Shown here: positions 9,439 to 19,882 of the stretch, in pieces
Position numbering within the stretch: position 1 is the first letter of the stretch
Layout: each line of letters opens with the position of its first letter
Assembly (NCBI GenBank): GCA_963755675.1
Contig: CAVWLK010000040.1
Coordinates: 57,584-121,583 of the forward strand
Reading direction: 5' to 3'
DNA from: an uncultured Actinomycetes bacterium
GTDB taxonomy: Bacteria > Actinomycetota > Thermoleophilia > Gaiellales > JAICJC01
Length of the DNA stretch: 64,000 nucleotides
Position numbers and translations under genes: made by a program
The notes under the pieces: generated by a model
Told to the model about the DNA's origin: nothing
The model's database searches: none
Seen by the model: only the letters and a program-made list of their open reading frames with translations

Positions 9439-9777
9439 TCACCCCTTCTTGACGCCGTGCACAGGCCGACCCAGAGCACGCCACTGCCACAGCGTGATGG
9501 TGGGGAGCCTGTCCTCGTACCGAACAATACGCGGATTTCGGCCGACCTGCGCGGCGCGCGCGGCGTGGTCGATCAGGTCGTCACGCTCCGGCGTCACGAC
9601 CACGTGGTGGCATGCGGTGATGTAGTCGAACACCTCTCCGCAGGCCGGGCAGGGCCAGGGATCGGTGTGGATCGCGTACCAGTCGCCATCCCCGGTGTCG
9701 ACTGCATCGCCGGACAGCAGGTCGGCGAGCTCGTCGACTTCGTAGACGCTCGGTGCCTCCGGAACGCTCATGCGCAC
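9439..9777 (-). CDS. Hypothetical small Cys/His-containing protein
   Basis: 112-aa ORF directly upstream of the kinase. It has an acidic N-terminus and the segment PWPCPACGEVFDYITACHH. I recognised no family. Confidence 0.5.
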   Translation of the reverse strand: MRMSVPEAPSVYEVDELADLLSGDAVDTGDGDWYAIHTDPWPCPACGEVFDYITACHHVVVTPERDDLIDHAARAAQVGRNPRIVRYEDRLPTITLWQWRALGRPVHGVKKG

Positions 9778-9801
9778 GTCAGGGTAGCAGCGGGCCGAGC
9801 A

Positions 9802-11385
9802 TCACATGCGCTCCGGCGCTGCCACGCCGACCAGGTCGAGCGAGGTGGCAATGACCTGCCTGGTCGCCTGGCAGAGCGCCAGCCGGCTCGCCTCGATCTC
9901 GGGCTCCGCCCCGATCACGCGGCACTGCTTGTAGAACTGATGGAACACCTTCGCCACCTCCTGCACATACGCCACGATCCGGTGCGGAGCTCGCCGGTCG
10001 GCCGCCTCGGCGACCAGGTCCGGGAAGCCGGCAAGCGCCTTCACCAGCTCCTCCTCGGGGGGCTCGGGCACCCACGAGGGTGACGGTCGCGGGTCGCGGG
10101 CGCCGTCGCCGGCGTTGCGCAGGATGGCCGCGATGCGCGCGTGCGCATACTGGCAGTAGTAGACGGGGTTCTCGGAGTTCTGCTGCACCAGCAGGTCGAG
10201 GTCCAGCTCGATCGGCTGGTCGTGCGAGCGCTGCACCAGCACGAACCGGGCAGCATCGACCCCAACGGCGTCGAGCAGCTCGTCCAGCGTCACCATGCGA
10301 CCGGCCCGCTTCGACATCTTGCCGCCCTTGAGGCTGACCAGCTGATAGATCTGGACGTCGACCCGGTCGGGGTCATAGCCCAGCGCCCGAGCGGCGGCCT
10401 TCAGGCGCCCGATGTAACCGTGATGGTCGGCGCCCAGCACGTAGACGGCTGCGTCGAAGCCACGGTCGAGCTTGGAGACGATGTAGGCGAGGTCGCCGGC
10501 GAAGTAGGTCGGCTCGCCGTTGCTGCGCACCAGCACGCGGTCCTTGTCGTCTCCCAACGCCTCGCTTGCGAGCCAGACGGCACCGTCCCGCTCGTACACG
10601 TGGCCGGCCGCACGCACCTTCTCGATCGCCCGCTGGACGGTGCCGTCTTCGTGCAGGGAGCGCTCCAGGAACCACGAGTCGAAGCTGACCCGAAACCGCT
10701 CCAGGGTGGCGCGGATGCGGGCCATCATCTCGTCGATGCCCGACCGTGCCCACTCCTCGACCGGCGCGTCGGGCGACAGGCCGAGCATGCTCGCGATCTC
10801 GGCCACATACTCACCCTGGTACCCGTCCTCGGGCGGCTCCTCCCCTCGTGCGCGGGCAAGCAGCGATGCGCCGAACAGCTCGATCTGGCGTCCCGTGTCG
10901 TTGAAGTAGTACTCGCGCTCGACGCTGTGTCCGGCGAAGTCGAACAGCCGCCCCAGGGCATCGCCGTAGGCGGCGTTGCGGGCGGTCGCAACCGTCATCG
11001 GGCCGGTCGGGTTGCCGCTCACGAACTCGACCTGCAGCCGCTGCGGATGAGGTGTCGCGCCGCGGCCATAGCCAGCGCCCTCGTCCAGCACGCGCCCCAC
11101 CACGTGGCCGAACCAGGACGGCCGCACCCGCAGGTTGATGAATCCCGGGCCTGCGATCTCGGCCGTGTCGATCCACGGCGACTCGAGCCCGGCCAGGATC
11201 CGCTCGGCGATCGCGCGCGGCGGCGCCGACAGCGGCTTGGCCAGCGAGAGCGCGACGGCGGTGGCGTAGTCACCGAGCGACGGATCGGACGGCCGGTCGA
11301 GCTGCACCGGCCCGCCGTCGCCGCCGGCCGCGACAACCGCGTTGCGCAGAGGTTCCGCCAGCTCGTCGAGGACGCTTCCGCTCAT
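9802..11385 (-). CDS. argS: Arginine--tRNA ligase
   Basis: Start at ATG 11385 gives 528 aa. Motifs are VSGNPTGPMTVATARNAAYGD, GADHHGYIGRLKA and the KMSK-type GKMSKRAG. The ORF extension to 11553 is not homologous. Confidence 0.93.
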   Translation of the reverse strand: MSGSVLDELAEPLRNAVVAAGGDGGPVQLDRPSDPSLGDYATAVALSLAKPLSAPPRAIAERILAGLESPWIDTAEIAGPGFINLRVRPSWFGHVVGRVLDEGAGYGRGATPHPQRLQVEFVSGNPTGPMTVATARNAAYGDALGRLFDFAGHSVEREYYFNDTGRQIELFGASLLARARGEEPPEDGYQGEYVAEIASMLGLSPDAPVEEWARSGIDEMMARIRATLERFRVSFDSWFLERSLHEDGTVQRAIEKVRAAGHVYERDGAVWLASEALGDDKDRVLVRSNGEPTYFAGDLAYIVSKLDRGFDAAVYVLGADHHGYIGRLKAAARALGYDPDRVDVQIYQLVSLKGGKMSKRAGRMVTLDELLDAVGVDAARFVLVQRSHDQPIELDLDLLVQQNSENPVYYCQYAHARIAAILRNAGDGARDPRPSPSWVPEPPEEELVKALAGFPDLVAEAADRRAPHRIVAYVQEVAKVFHQFYKQCRVIGAEPEIEASRLALCQATRQVIATSLDLVGVAAPERM

Positions 11386-11443
11386 GCGGCCATGGTAGTG
11401 GTGTGGCGTAGGATGCGCCGGAACCAACGATGGTCGGGAAAGG

Positions 11444-11797
11444 GTGGTCGGCGTGTCGGAGTCCGAATGGAACGAAGAGGAACCGCGGGAGCGCCACCTC
11501 AACATCCACTTCACCCCCGAGATCATGGCCGGCGTGTACGCCAACTTCGCCAACGTCAGCCACTCGGATTACGAGTTCACGATCACGTTCGCGCGCGTCG
11601 ACCATGAGGTCGAGGAGGACGAGGTGCCGGGCGTGGTGGTCTCCCGGGTCAACCTCTCGCCGCGCTTCATGCAGGAGTTGATCGAGGCGATGGGGGACAA
11701 CTACTCCAAGTGGCGCACCCGCGAGGGAATCAAGAACCTGCCCGAGTTCGACGGACAGGACGACGATTACGGCGGCGACGAGGACGACGAGGGGTAG
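11444..11797 (+). CDS. DUF3467-like protein with acidic C-terminal tail
   Basis: 117 aa with HFTPEIMAGVYANFANVSHSDYEFTITFARVD, which is typical of DUF3467. The tail reads DGQDDDYGGDEDDEG. Confidence 0.7.
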   Translation: MVGVSESEWNEEEPRERHLNIHFTPEIMAGVYANFANVSHSDYEFTITFARVDHEVEEDEVPGVVVSRVNLSPRFMQELIEAMGDNYSKWRTREGIKNLPEFDGQDDDYGGDEDDEG

Positions 11798-12978
11798 GCG
11801 CGGGCGACCGCGATCCGGTCCATCACGGGCGGATGGTCGAACAGCAGCCACACGGCCCAGCCTGGCGGGTCGGGGTTCGAGAGCCCGGCCAGCGCCAGCC
11901 GCTTGTTCAGCGATTCCATTCCCGCCGGGTCGTGTGTGGCACGCAGCGCGACCCAATCAGCCTCGGCCTCGATCCTGCGTGACACGAGGTTCTCGACCGG
12001 CAGCAGCAGGGTGGCCGCGGTCAGCACGCACGCCAGCACCACCGGCACCGCCGCGGCCGTCCGCGGCCGACCCGCCGTGAGGCGGTCGGCCGCCGCCAGC
12101 GCCAGCAGGATCGCCGGCAGCCCGATCACCCCGAACCAGAGCACGCCGGCCAGCGTATGCCGGCGGCTGACGTGGCCCAGCTCGTGAGCCAGCAGCGCCC
12201 TCAGCTGGTCAGGAGACTGGTCGAGCGACGTGTCGTCGACAACGACGCGCACCGTCGGCCCAAGACCGTCCACCTGCGCGTTCTCGGCCGTCGTGCGCGA
12301 CGAGGCGTCGCCGACGGTGATCGAGCGTGGGTGGGCATCCATACGCCGTTCGAGCACGGCAGCCTGGGCAGCAACCGCAGCCGGCAGCGGCCGTGTCGAG
12401 ATGAACAGTGGATCGATCACCAGCGGCTGTAGTGCCGTCAGCAACGCCACTGCCAGCCAGGCCGCGAGCGCGACGCCGAGTGCGCCGAAGCGGCGATGGG
12501 CGAGTCGCGCGACGGCGTACACCACCGCAACGGCCAGCGCCAGCAAGGCAGTCTGCAGGCCGGCGTCGTATGCCCACGCCCACCCCGACCGCAGGTCGAT
12601 GCCAACGTCCCCCGCGCGCAGGTGCTCCCAGTACTGGATCGGAAGCGCCGAAGCGATGATCACCGCCGCCACGACGAAGGCGGCCGCCACGGCCGGCAGC
12701 CGAGCGGCCTGGGCGCGGCCGCGCCAGGCGATCAGCCATGCCACTACCAGCTGGACCGCGAGCGCGGCGAGCGTCAGCAGGTAGCCTGGCTCGCGGTAGT
12801 CCTGTGCCCGCTGGATCTCGGCCTGGCTGAACACGTCGGCCGCCGGTACGGACGGTGGCGTTGGAGGAAGTTCGGCGGACGTCCACAGCCAGACGGCCAG
12901 CGCGATCAGCGGCAGGGCGAGCAGGAGGGCGCGGCGCACGTGTCGGTAGAGTACCGATCCCGTGAGAGTCGCCGTCAT
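11767..12978 (-). CDS. M48-family zinc metalloprotease, integral membrane
   Basis: HELGHVSRRH (HExxH) motif and multiple TM segments. ATG 12978 overlaps the divergent gene start by 17 nt; an alternative start is GTG 12939. Confidence 0.8.
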   Translation of the reverse strand: MTATLTGSVLYRHVRRALLLALPLIALAVWLWTSAELPPTPPSVPAADVFSQAEIQRAQDYREPGYLLTLAALAVQLVVAWLIAWRGRAQAARLPAVAAAFVVAAVIIASALPIQYWEHLRAGDVGIDLRSGWAWAYDAGLQTALLALAVAVVYAVARLAHRRFGALGVALAAWLAVALLTALQPLVIDPLFISTRPLPAAVAAQAAVLERRMDAHPRSITVGDASSRTTAENAQVDGLGPTVRVVVDDTSLDQSPDQLRALLAHELGHVSRRHTLAGVLWFGVIGLPAILLALAAADRLTAGRPRTAAAVPVVLACVLTAATLLLPVENLVSRRIEAEADWVALRATHDPAGMESLNKRLALAGLSNPDPPGWAVWLLFDHPPVMDRIAVARAYPSSSSSPP

Positions 12979-13690
12979 CTCCGATGTGCACGGAAACTTG
13001 CCCGCGCTCGAGTCGGTGCTCGCCGCAATCGAGCAGGAGGGCACGTCCGAGCTGTGGTGTCTGGGCGACCTGGTCGGCTACAACGCCGACCCTGAGGCGT
13101 GCACGCGCACCGTGGTCGGGGAGGCCGAACTCTGCCTGGCCGGAAACCACGACCTGGTCGTGAACGGCAGCGTCGACATGACGGTGTTCGCCCACGATGC
13201 GGCGGTTGCCGCGCGCTGGGCGGCGCAGACGCTGTCAGAGGAGGCGCTGAACATGCTGCGCGCGCTGTCGCCGAGCGGGCGGCGGGGTGATGTGGTGATG
13301 CACCACGCCAGCCCTCGCGACCCGGTGTGGGAGTACGTGATCGACTCGCGCACGGCGCAGCAGTGCCTGGACGTGCAGGAGTCCGACCTGTGCCTGATCG
13401 GCCACAGCCATGTGCCGCTGGCCTACACGCCGGGCGCAAACGGCCGCGCCACCGGCGGCCACATGCCGCCCACCCAGATCGAGCTGGGCGACGGCCGCTG
13501 GCTGCTCAACCCGGGCTCGGTCGGCCAGCCCCGGGACAGCGATCCGAGGGCGGCGTACATGGTGCTGGACAGCGACTCGGGCACCGCCACGTGGCGGCGG
13601 GTCGACTACGCGATCGAGCGGGCGCAGCGCGCGATCCTCGAGGCCGGGCTGCCGGCGACGCTGGCCGCGCGGCTGGCAGACGGACGTTAG
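12962..13690 (+). CDS. Metallophosphoesterase (calcineurin-like)
   Basis: 242 aa with VAVISDVHGN, LGDLVGYNADP, AGNHD and IGHSHVP. Confidence 0.88.
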   Translation: MRVAVISDVHGNLPALESVLAAIEQEGTSELWCLGDLVGYNADPEACTRTVVGEAELCLAGNHDLVVNGSVDMTVFAHDAAVAARWAAQTLSEEALNMLRALSPSGRRGDVVMHHASPRDPVWEYVIDSRTAQQCLDVQESDLCLIGHSHVPLAYTPGANGRATGGHMPPTQIELGDGRWLLNPGSVGQPRDSDPRAAYMVLDSDSGTATWRRVDYAIERAQRAILEAGLPATLAARLADGR

Positions 13691-14272
13691 CTAGGCGGTG
13701 CGCTTCGCCGGGCGTGGGGAGCGCCCGTACCCCTCACGCACCAGCTCGGCCGCGACCGTCTCACGCGCCTTGTAGATCCGCCATTTGACGGTCGCCAGCG
13801 TGGTCTCGAGCGAGTCGGCGATCTCGGCATAGCTGAGGCCGACCACGTCTCGCAGCAGCAGCGCCATCTTGAGGTCGAGCGAGAGCGCCCCGATCGCACG
13901 CCAGACCGCGTCCATCTCGTCCACCGACTCCGTCTCGACGGCGGTCACGTGCAGGTGGGCGACGACGTCGAGCTCGACCGACGGCCGGCCGCGGCGCTCG
14001 CGTGCCCGCAGCTCGTCGACCACCCGGTGTTTCGCCACCTGAAACAGCCAGGTCGTGAACTGGCAGCGCGAGTCGAAGCCGGGAAGCGCCTGGTAGACCC
14101 TCAGAAACACCTCCTGGCACATGTCCTCGGCCAGAGCACGGTCGCCCGAGAGCACCCGCGCGACGTAGTTGAACAATGGGCCCTGGTACTGGCGGACGAT
14201 GACCGCGAACGCACGCTCATCACCACGTCGTGCGAGCCGAAGGATGTCGGGATCGGGCTGCTGCAGGGCCAA
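13691..14272 (-). CDS. ECF-type sigma-70 family sigma factor
   Basis: TTG start at 14272. Region 2 reads FAVIVRQYQGPLFNYVARVL...FTTWLFQVAKHRVVDELR. Region 4 reads LLLRDVVGLSYAEIADSLETTLATVKWRIYKAR. Confidence 0.9.
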   Translation of the reverse strand: MALQQPDPDILRLARRGDERAFAVIVRQYQGPLFNYVARVLSGDRALAEDMCQEVFLRVYQALPGFDSRCQFTTWLFQVAKHRVVDELRARERRGRPSVELDVVAHLHVTAVETESVDEMDAVWRAIGALSLDLKMALLLRDVVGLSYAEIADSLETTLATVKWRIYKARETVAAELVREGYGRSPRPAKRTA

Positions 14273-14380
14273 TTTGTGTCGGGGTGGTTACGAAAACCGG
14301 ACGCACTGTACACCACTCACTAGAGGCGCATGCAAGGGCGTCAATTACACCACAATGTCTAATGCCCGCCCGTGATCAGC

Positions 14381-15877
14381 TCAAAACAGCGGCTCGAGCA
14401 GCGAGCGTCCGCTCATCGCGTCCGGCTGCTCGAGTCCCAGCAGATCGAGCACCGTCGGCGCGATATCCGCAAGCCGGCCGCCGCTCCGCAGCCGCCCATC
14501 ATGCCCGGTCATGATCAGCGGCACGGGGTTGGTGGTGTGGGCGGTGTGCGGGCGGCCGTCCGGCTCGAGCATCTGCTCCGCATTGCCATGGTCGGCGGTC
14601 ACCAGGCACACGCCTCCCGCCCGTTCGGCCGCCTCGATCACACGCCCCAGGCAGTGGTCGACGGTCTCGACCGCCTCCACCACCGCCGGGATCACGCCCG
14701 TGTGGCCGACCATGTCGGCGTTGGCGAAGTTGACCAGCCCGAAGCCGTAGCCGCCATCGCTGATGCCCGCACAGAACAGGTCGGCCACGCCCTCGGCGCT
14801 CATCTCCGGCTTCTTGTCGTAGGTGGGGACGTCGCGAGGCGAGTCGACCAGCTGCCATTGCTCGCCGCCGCTTCGCCGCTCACTGCCGCCGTCGAAGAAG
14901 TAGGTCACGTGGGGGTACTTCTCGGTCTCGGCAACGTGCAGCTGCTCGAGCCCGGCCTGCGAGATCGCCTGGGAGAGCACCTCGGTCACGGACTCGGACG
15001 GGTAGGCGACGGGTGAGGTGAAGCGGTCGGAGTACTCGGTCATCTGAACCAGGTGCGGCAGCGGTGGCTGCTCTCCGCGGTCGAAGCCGTCGAAGCCGGG
15101 GTCGAACAGCGTCTCGAACAGCTGCCGGCAGCGGTCGGGCCGGAAGTTAAAGAACACCACGGCGTCTCCCGCGGTCACGCGGCCTCGGGCCGGATCGCCG
15201 ACGACGATCGGCTCGACGAACTCGTCGGTGACGCCACGCTGATAGCCGGCTCGTAGGCTGGCGGACGGATCATCGCTGACCTCTCCCACTCCGTGCACGA
15301 TCGCGTCGTACGCGCGCTTGGTGCGGTCCCAGCGGTGGTCGCGGTCCATGCCGAAGAAGCGTCCGCACACCGTGGCCAGGTGTGGAACCCGCTCCACGAA
15401 GCCGGCCCCGCTGGTGGGCGAGACATCGCGGCCGTCGGTGAAGGCATGCACGTGGACGTGCTCCACGCCCTCGCGCTGCGCCATCTCGATCAGCGCCAGC
15501 AGGTGGTCGATATGGCTGTGAACGCCGCCGTCCGAGACCAGCCCGACAAGATGCAGCGCCGACCCGCGACCGACCTCACATGCCTCGCGCAGCACGCGAT
15601 TCTCGAACATGCCACCTGAACGCACGTCTTCAGAGATCCGCACCAGATCTTGCAGCACCACACGCCCAGCGCCGAGGTTGAGGTGGCCAACCTCGCTGTT
15701 TCCCATCTGGCCGTCCGGAAGCCCGACGGCCCGGCCGCTGGCCTCGAGCGTGGTGTGCGGCGCGCTGCTCCACAACCGGTCAAAGACGGGCGTGTCCGCC
15801 AGTTCGACGGCGTTGCCCGGGCCCGCGTCGGCCAGGCCCCAGCCGTCCAGCACGACAAGGAAGACGGGCGCGCTCAC
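14381..15877 (-). CDS. gpmI: 2,3-bisphosphoglycerate-independent phosphoglycerate mutase
   Basis: 498 aa with VLDGWG and GQMGNSEVGHLNLGAGRVV. The GTG start overlaps the tpiA stop (GTGA). Confidence 0.93.
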   Translation of the reverse strand: MSAPVFLVVLDGWGLADAGPGNAVELADTPVFDRLWSSAPHTTLEASGRAVGLPDGQMGNSEVGHLNLGAGRVVLQDLVRISEDVRSGGMFENRVLREACEVGRGSALHLVGLVSDGGVHSHIDHLLALIEMAQREGVEHVHVHAFTDGRDVSPTSGAGFVERVPHLATVCGRFFGMDRDHRWDRTKRAYDAIVHGVGEVSDDPSASLRAGYQRGVTDEFVEPIVVGDPARGRVTAGDAVVFFNFRPDRCRQLFETLFDPGFDGFDRGEQPPLPHLVQMTEYSDRFTSPVAYPSESVTEVLSQAISQAGLEQLHVAETEKYPHVTYFFDGGSERRSGGEQWQLVDSPRDVPTYDKKPEMSAEGVADLFCAGISDGGYGFGLVNFANADMVGHTGVIPAVVEAVETVDHCLGRVIEAAERAGGVCLVTADHGNAEQMLEPDGRPHTAHTTNPVPLIMTGHDGRLRSGGRLADIAPTVLDLLGLEQPDAMSGRSLLEPLF

Positions 15878-16608
15878 GCTGCCGAGAGGATGGCCAGAAA
15901 GGGATCCAGCTCGAGGCTGGCGCCGCCGATCAGGCCGCCGTCGATGTCGGGCTGGGCAAGCAGCTCAGCGGCGTTGTCGGGCTTCATGCTGCCTCCATAC
16001 TGGATCCGGATCTGCTCGCCGACCGCAGCCGGAAACAGCGAACGGATGAACGCGTGCGCCTGCTGCGCCATCTCTGGGGTGGCGGTGCGACCGGTGCCGA
16101 TCGCCCAGATCGGCTCGTACGCAATCGTCAGCAAGCGGCCACGGGTTGGGTCGCAGCCCAGGTTCACCTGGTCCGCCAGCACCTGTTCGGTCTCCCCCGC
16201 CTCACGCTGCTGCTCGCTCTCCCCCACCGCCAGGATCACGTCCAGGCCGGCGGCGAAGGCCGCGTCGACCTTGGCCGAGAGCGCGCCGTCGGTCTCGTTG
16301 AAGTACTGGCGGCGCTCGCTATGGCCGAGCAGCACGCCGTGCACTCCGATGTCGACCAGCATCGCCGCCGACACCTCACCGGTGAACGCCCCCTGAGGCT
16401 GCTGGTGCATGTTCTGCGCGTAGACGGCAAGTCGGCTGCCGCGTGCGGCGGCGACCGCCGGGGCCAGCGACGTGAACGGCACGCAGACGGCCGCCTCGAC
16501 CCGGTCGGGCAGCCGGGCGGCCAGGTCGCGCACGAACCCGCCGGTCTCGGACGCCGTCTTGTGCATCTTCCAGTTGCCCGCCACGAACGGGCGCCGGTTG
16601 GCGCTCAT
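15874..16608 (-). CDS. tpiA: Triose-phosphate isomerase
   Basis: 244 aa with FVAGNWKMHKT, GHSERR and AYEPIWAIGTG. ATGA overlap with the pgk stop. Confidence 0.94.
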   Translation of the reverse strand: MSANRRPFVAGNWKMHKTASETGGFVRDLAARLPDRVEAAVCVPFTSLAPAVAAARGSRLAVYAQNMHQQPQGAFTGEVSAAMLVDIGVHGVLLGHSERRQYFNETDGALSAKVDAAFAAGLDVILAVGESEQQREAGETEQVLADQVNLGCDPTRGRLLTIAYEPIWAIGTGRTATPEMAQQAHAFIRSLFPAAVGEQIRIQYGGSMKPDNAAELLAQPDIDGGLIGGASLELDPFLAILSAA

Positions 16609-17743
16609 GCCGCCTGCTCCAGCGCCGCCACGCCGGGCAGCGTCTTGCCCTCGAGCAGCTCGAGGGCGGCGCCGCCGCCGGTCGAGACGTGCGTGATCTG
16701 ATCGGCCACTCCGGCGACGTTGACCGCCGCCACCGAATCGCCCCCTCCCACCACCGAGACGGCTTCCGACGCAGCCACCGCGCGCGCCACCGCGAGCGTG
16801 CCCTGCGCGAACGGCTCCAGCTCGAACACGCCCATCGGGCCGTTCCAGAACACGGTCAGCGCGCCTGCCAGTCGACCGGCGTACAGCGCCGTCGTATCAG
16901 GTCCGATGTCGAGGCCCATCCAGCCGTCAGGGATCGCGTCCACCGGCACGACCTGAGTCTTGGCATCGGCGGCAAAGCGGTCCGCCACCACCACGTCCAC
17001 TGGCAGCAGCAGCTCGCAGCCGTGCTCCTTGGCGTCGGCCATCGCCCGCCGCGCCGTCTCGCGGCCTTCCTCGTCCTCCACCCGCGACGACCCGACCGGC
17101 GTGCCGCCCGCAGCCAGGAACGTGAAGGCCATCGCGCCGCCGATCAGGATCGTCTCGGCGAGCTGCGTGAAGCGGTCGATGACGCCGATCTTGTCCGTCA
17201 CCTTGACCCCGCCGATCACCACCACGAACGGGTGCTCTGGACGGTCGAGCAGGCGCGCGAAGGCGTCGAGCTCGGCCTCGAGCAGCAGCCCGGCGGCCGC
17301 GGGCAGCAGGTGGGCGACGCCCTCGGTGGATGCGTGCGCGCGGTGCGCGGCGCCGAAGGCGTCGTTGACGTAGAGGTCGGCCTCGGCGGCCAGTTCGGCC
17401 GCCAGCGAGGGATCGTTCAGCTCCTCGCGGGAATCGAAGCGCAGGTTCTCGAGCAACCGCAGGTCGCCCTGCTCCGCGCCGAACGCGACGTTGCGGTCAA
17501 GCAGCTCGGAGACGCGGTCGGCCACAGGGCGCAGCGACAGCTCGGGCTTTTGCTCGCCCGCGGGCGGCCCAGATGCGAGCACAGGATCACCCGGGCACCG
17601 CGCTCCAGCAGCAGCTCGACGGTCGGCATCGCGGCCCGGATCCGCGTGTCGTCGGAGACCCGCCCGCCGTCCAGCGGCACGTTCAGGTCCGCTCTCACCA
17701 GCACTCGCTTGCCGGCCACGTCCAGATCGCGAACGCTGCGCAC
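16605..17743 (-). pseudogene. pgk: Phosphoglycerate kinase, single frameshift (probable sequence error)
   Basis: The N-terminus [25 protein letters not shown]...CSHLGRP lies in ORF 17417..17743. The remainder ([13 protein letters not shown]...NDAFGAAHRAHAST...STGGGAALE) lies in ORF 16605..17582. The junction is at ~17565 in gccgcccgcgggcgag. Confidence 0.9.
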
Positions 17744-17750
17744 CCGAGTA

Positions 17751-18767
<1,017 letters not shown>

Positions 18768-18832
18768 TCACGGATACCCGGCCGTCAGTCTAACGACTGG
18801 CGGCTGATGGGGATCCGGGTGGAGGTCCCGGG

Positions 18833-18916
18833 GGCTTGTGGGTGACCGGCAAGATCGGGCAGCGTCAGATGGGGTCTAGGTCTGTCGCGCAAGGGATGCC
18901 AGGTCACCCACAAGCC
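18833..18916. other. Perfect 15-bp inverted repeat in the whiA-gap intergenic region
   Basis: GGCTTGTGGGTGACC (18833-18847) pairs with GGTCACCCACAAGCC (18902-18916), separated by 54 nt. It lies in the 221-bp spacer upstream of gap. Confidence 0.7.
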
Positions 18917-18973
18917 TTACCCTCCTATCATCGGGGGTGGGGTGAAATGCTCCTACCCCCACTCGGGGGATCT

Positions 18974-19882
18974 TTAGGATTCTGTAAAGAAAATAAGGGT
19001 TTTCATGCGACGAGCGACCGCCGACTTGGTCAGCTGAGGCGTCGCGCGCTCCCCCAGTTCGGCCATCGAACTGGACGGATAGCGCATCCGGAGCTCGGCC
19101 ACCTGACGCAGTCCCGGTTCGAGCTGGTCGAGGTCGAGCTGTGCGATCGCCTCCCGCTGGCGGTGCGCGGCGGCGCTCGCCCGGCCCAGGTTTGCGCGGT
19201 CACAGTTGGTCAGCCGGTTGGCCGCCTCGCGGGTTGCGCTGATCACCTCGGCCTCCTCGAACGAGAGCACGGCGTCGTGCGCGCCGATGTGGGCGAGCAG
19301 GTCGCGCACGCCCTCGCGTGACTTGATGTACGCAACGGCGTGGCTCTTCCGCTCGGCGGTGCGAACCGGGATCCCGTCGCGGGCGGCGGTCTCGGCCACG
19401 GCAAGGGCGCCGTCCAGCTCAGAGGTACGCAGCTCGAGGTGCGCCGGCCGCCGCGGCGGCGACACCGATCCGGCCGCCACGAACGCGCCCCGCAGGTACG
19501 CGCCCCGGCAGCAGACCCGGGTCAGCAGCCGCCCCGGCGGCCTCGGCAGCGGCGCCAGAGCTGTCGACAGGACGCCCGCCTCGTGCAGCAGCTGCAGCGT
19601 GGTCCCGCCGGCGATCCGCAGCCGGACACGGTTTCTGCGTTCGAAGCGGTGCTCGCGGAAGGTGAGGATCTCGCAGTCGGCGCCCCGCTCGCGCAGCAGC
19701 CGGAAGGCGAGCCGGGCGGCAGCGGGGTCGGCCAGCTCGGCCACGACCGCCAGCTCGCCGCCGGACCGCACCTGCAGGCTGCCGGCGTGGCGGATCAGCC
19801 CCGACAGGAAGGCCAGCCGGCAGCAGGCCTTTGCGGGAGGATGCTCCACCAGCTCGTGGCGGACGTCCTCACTGAAGCTCAT
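18974..19882 (-). CDS. whiA: DNA-binding sporulation/cell-division regulator WhiA
   Basis: Start at ATG 19882 gives 303 aa. Motifs are MSFSEDVRHEL...CCRLAFLSGLIRHAGSL, the LAGLIDADG-like core, and the C-terminal HTH AELRMRYPSSSMAELGE. It overlaps the yvcK end by 14 nt. Confidence 0.9.
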   Translation of the reverse strand: MSFSEDVRHELVEHPPAKACCRLAFLSGLIRHAGSLQVRSGGELAVVAELADPAAARLAFRLLRERGADCEILTFREHRFERRNRVRLRIAGGTTLQLLHEAGVLSTALAPLPRPPGRLLTRVCCRGAYLRGAFVAAGSVSPPRRPAHLELRTSELDGALAVAETAARDGIPVRTAERKSHAVAYIKSREGVRDLLAHIGAHDAVLSFEEAEVISATREAANRLTNCDRANLGRASAAAHRQREAIAQLDLDQLEPGLRQVAELRMRYPSSSMAELGERATPQLTKSAVARRMKTLIFFTES

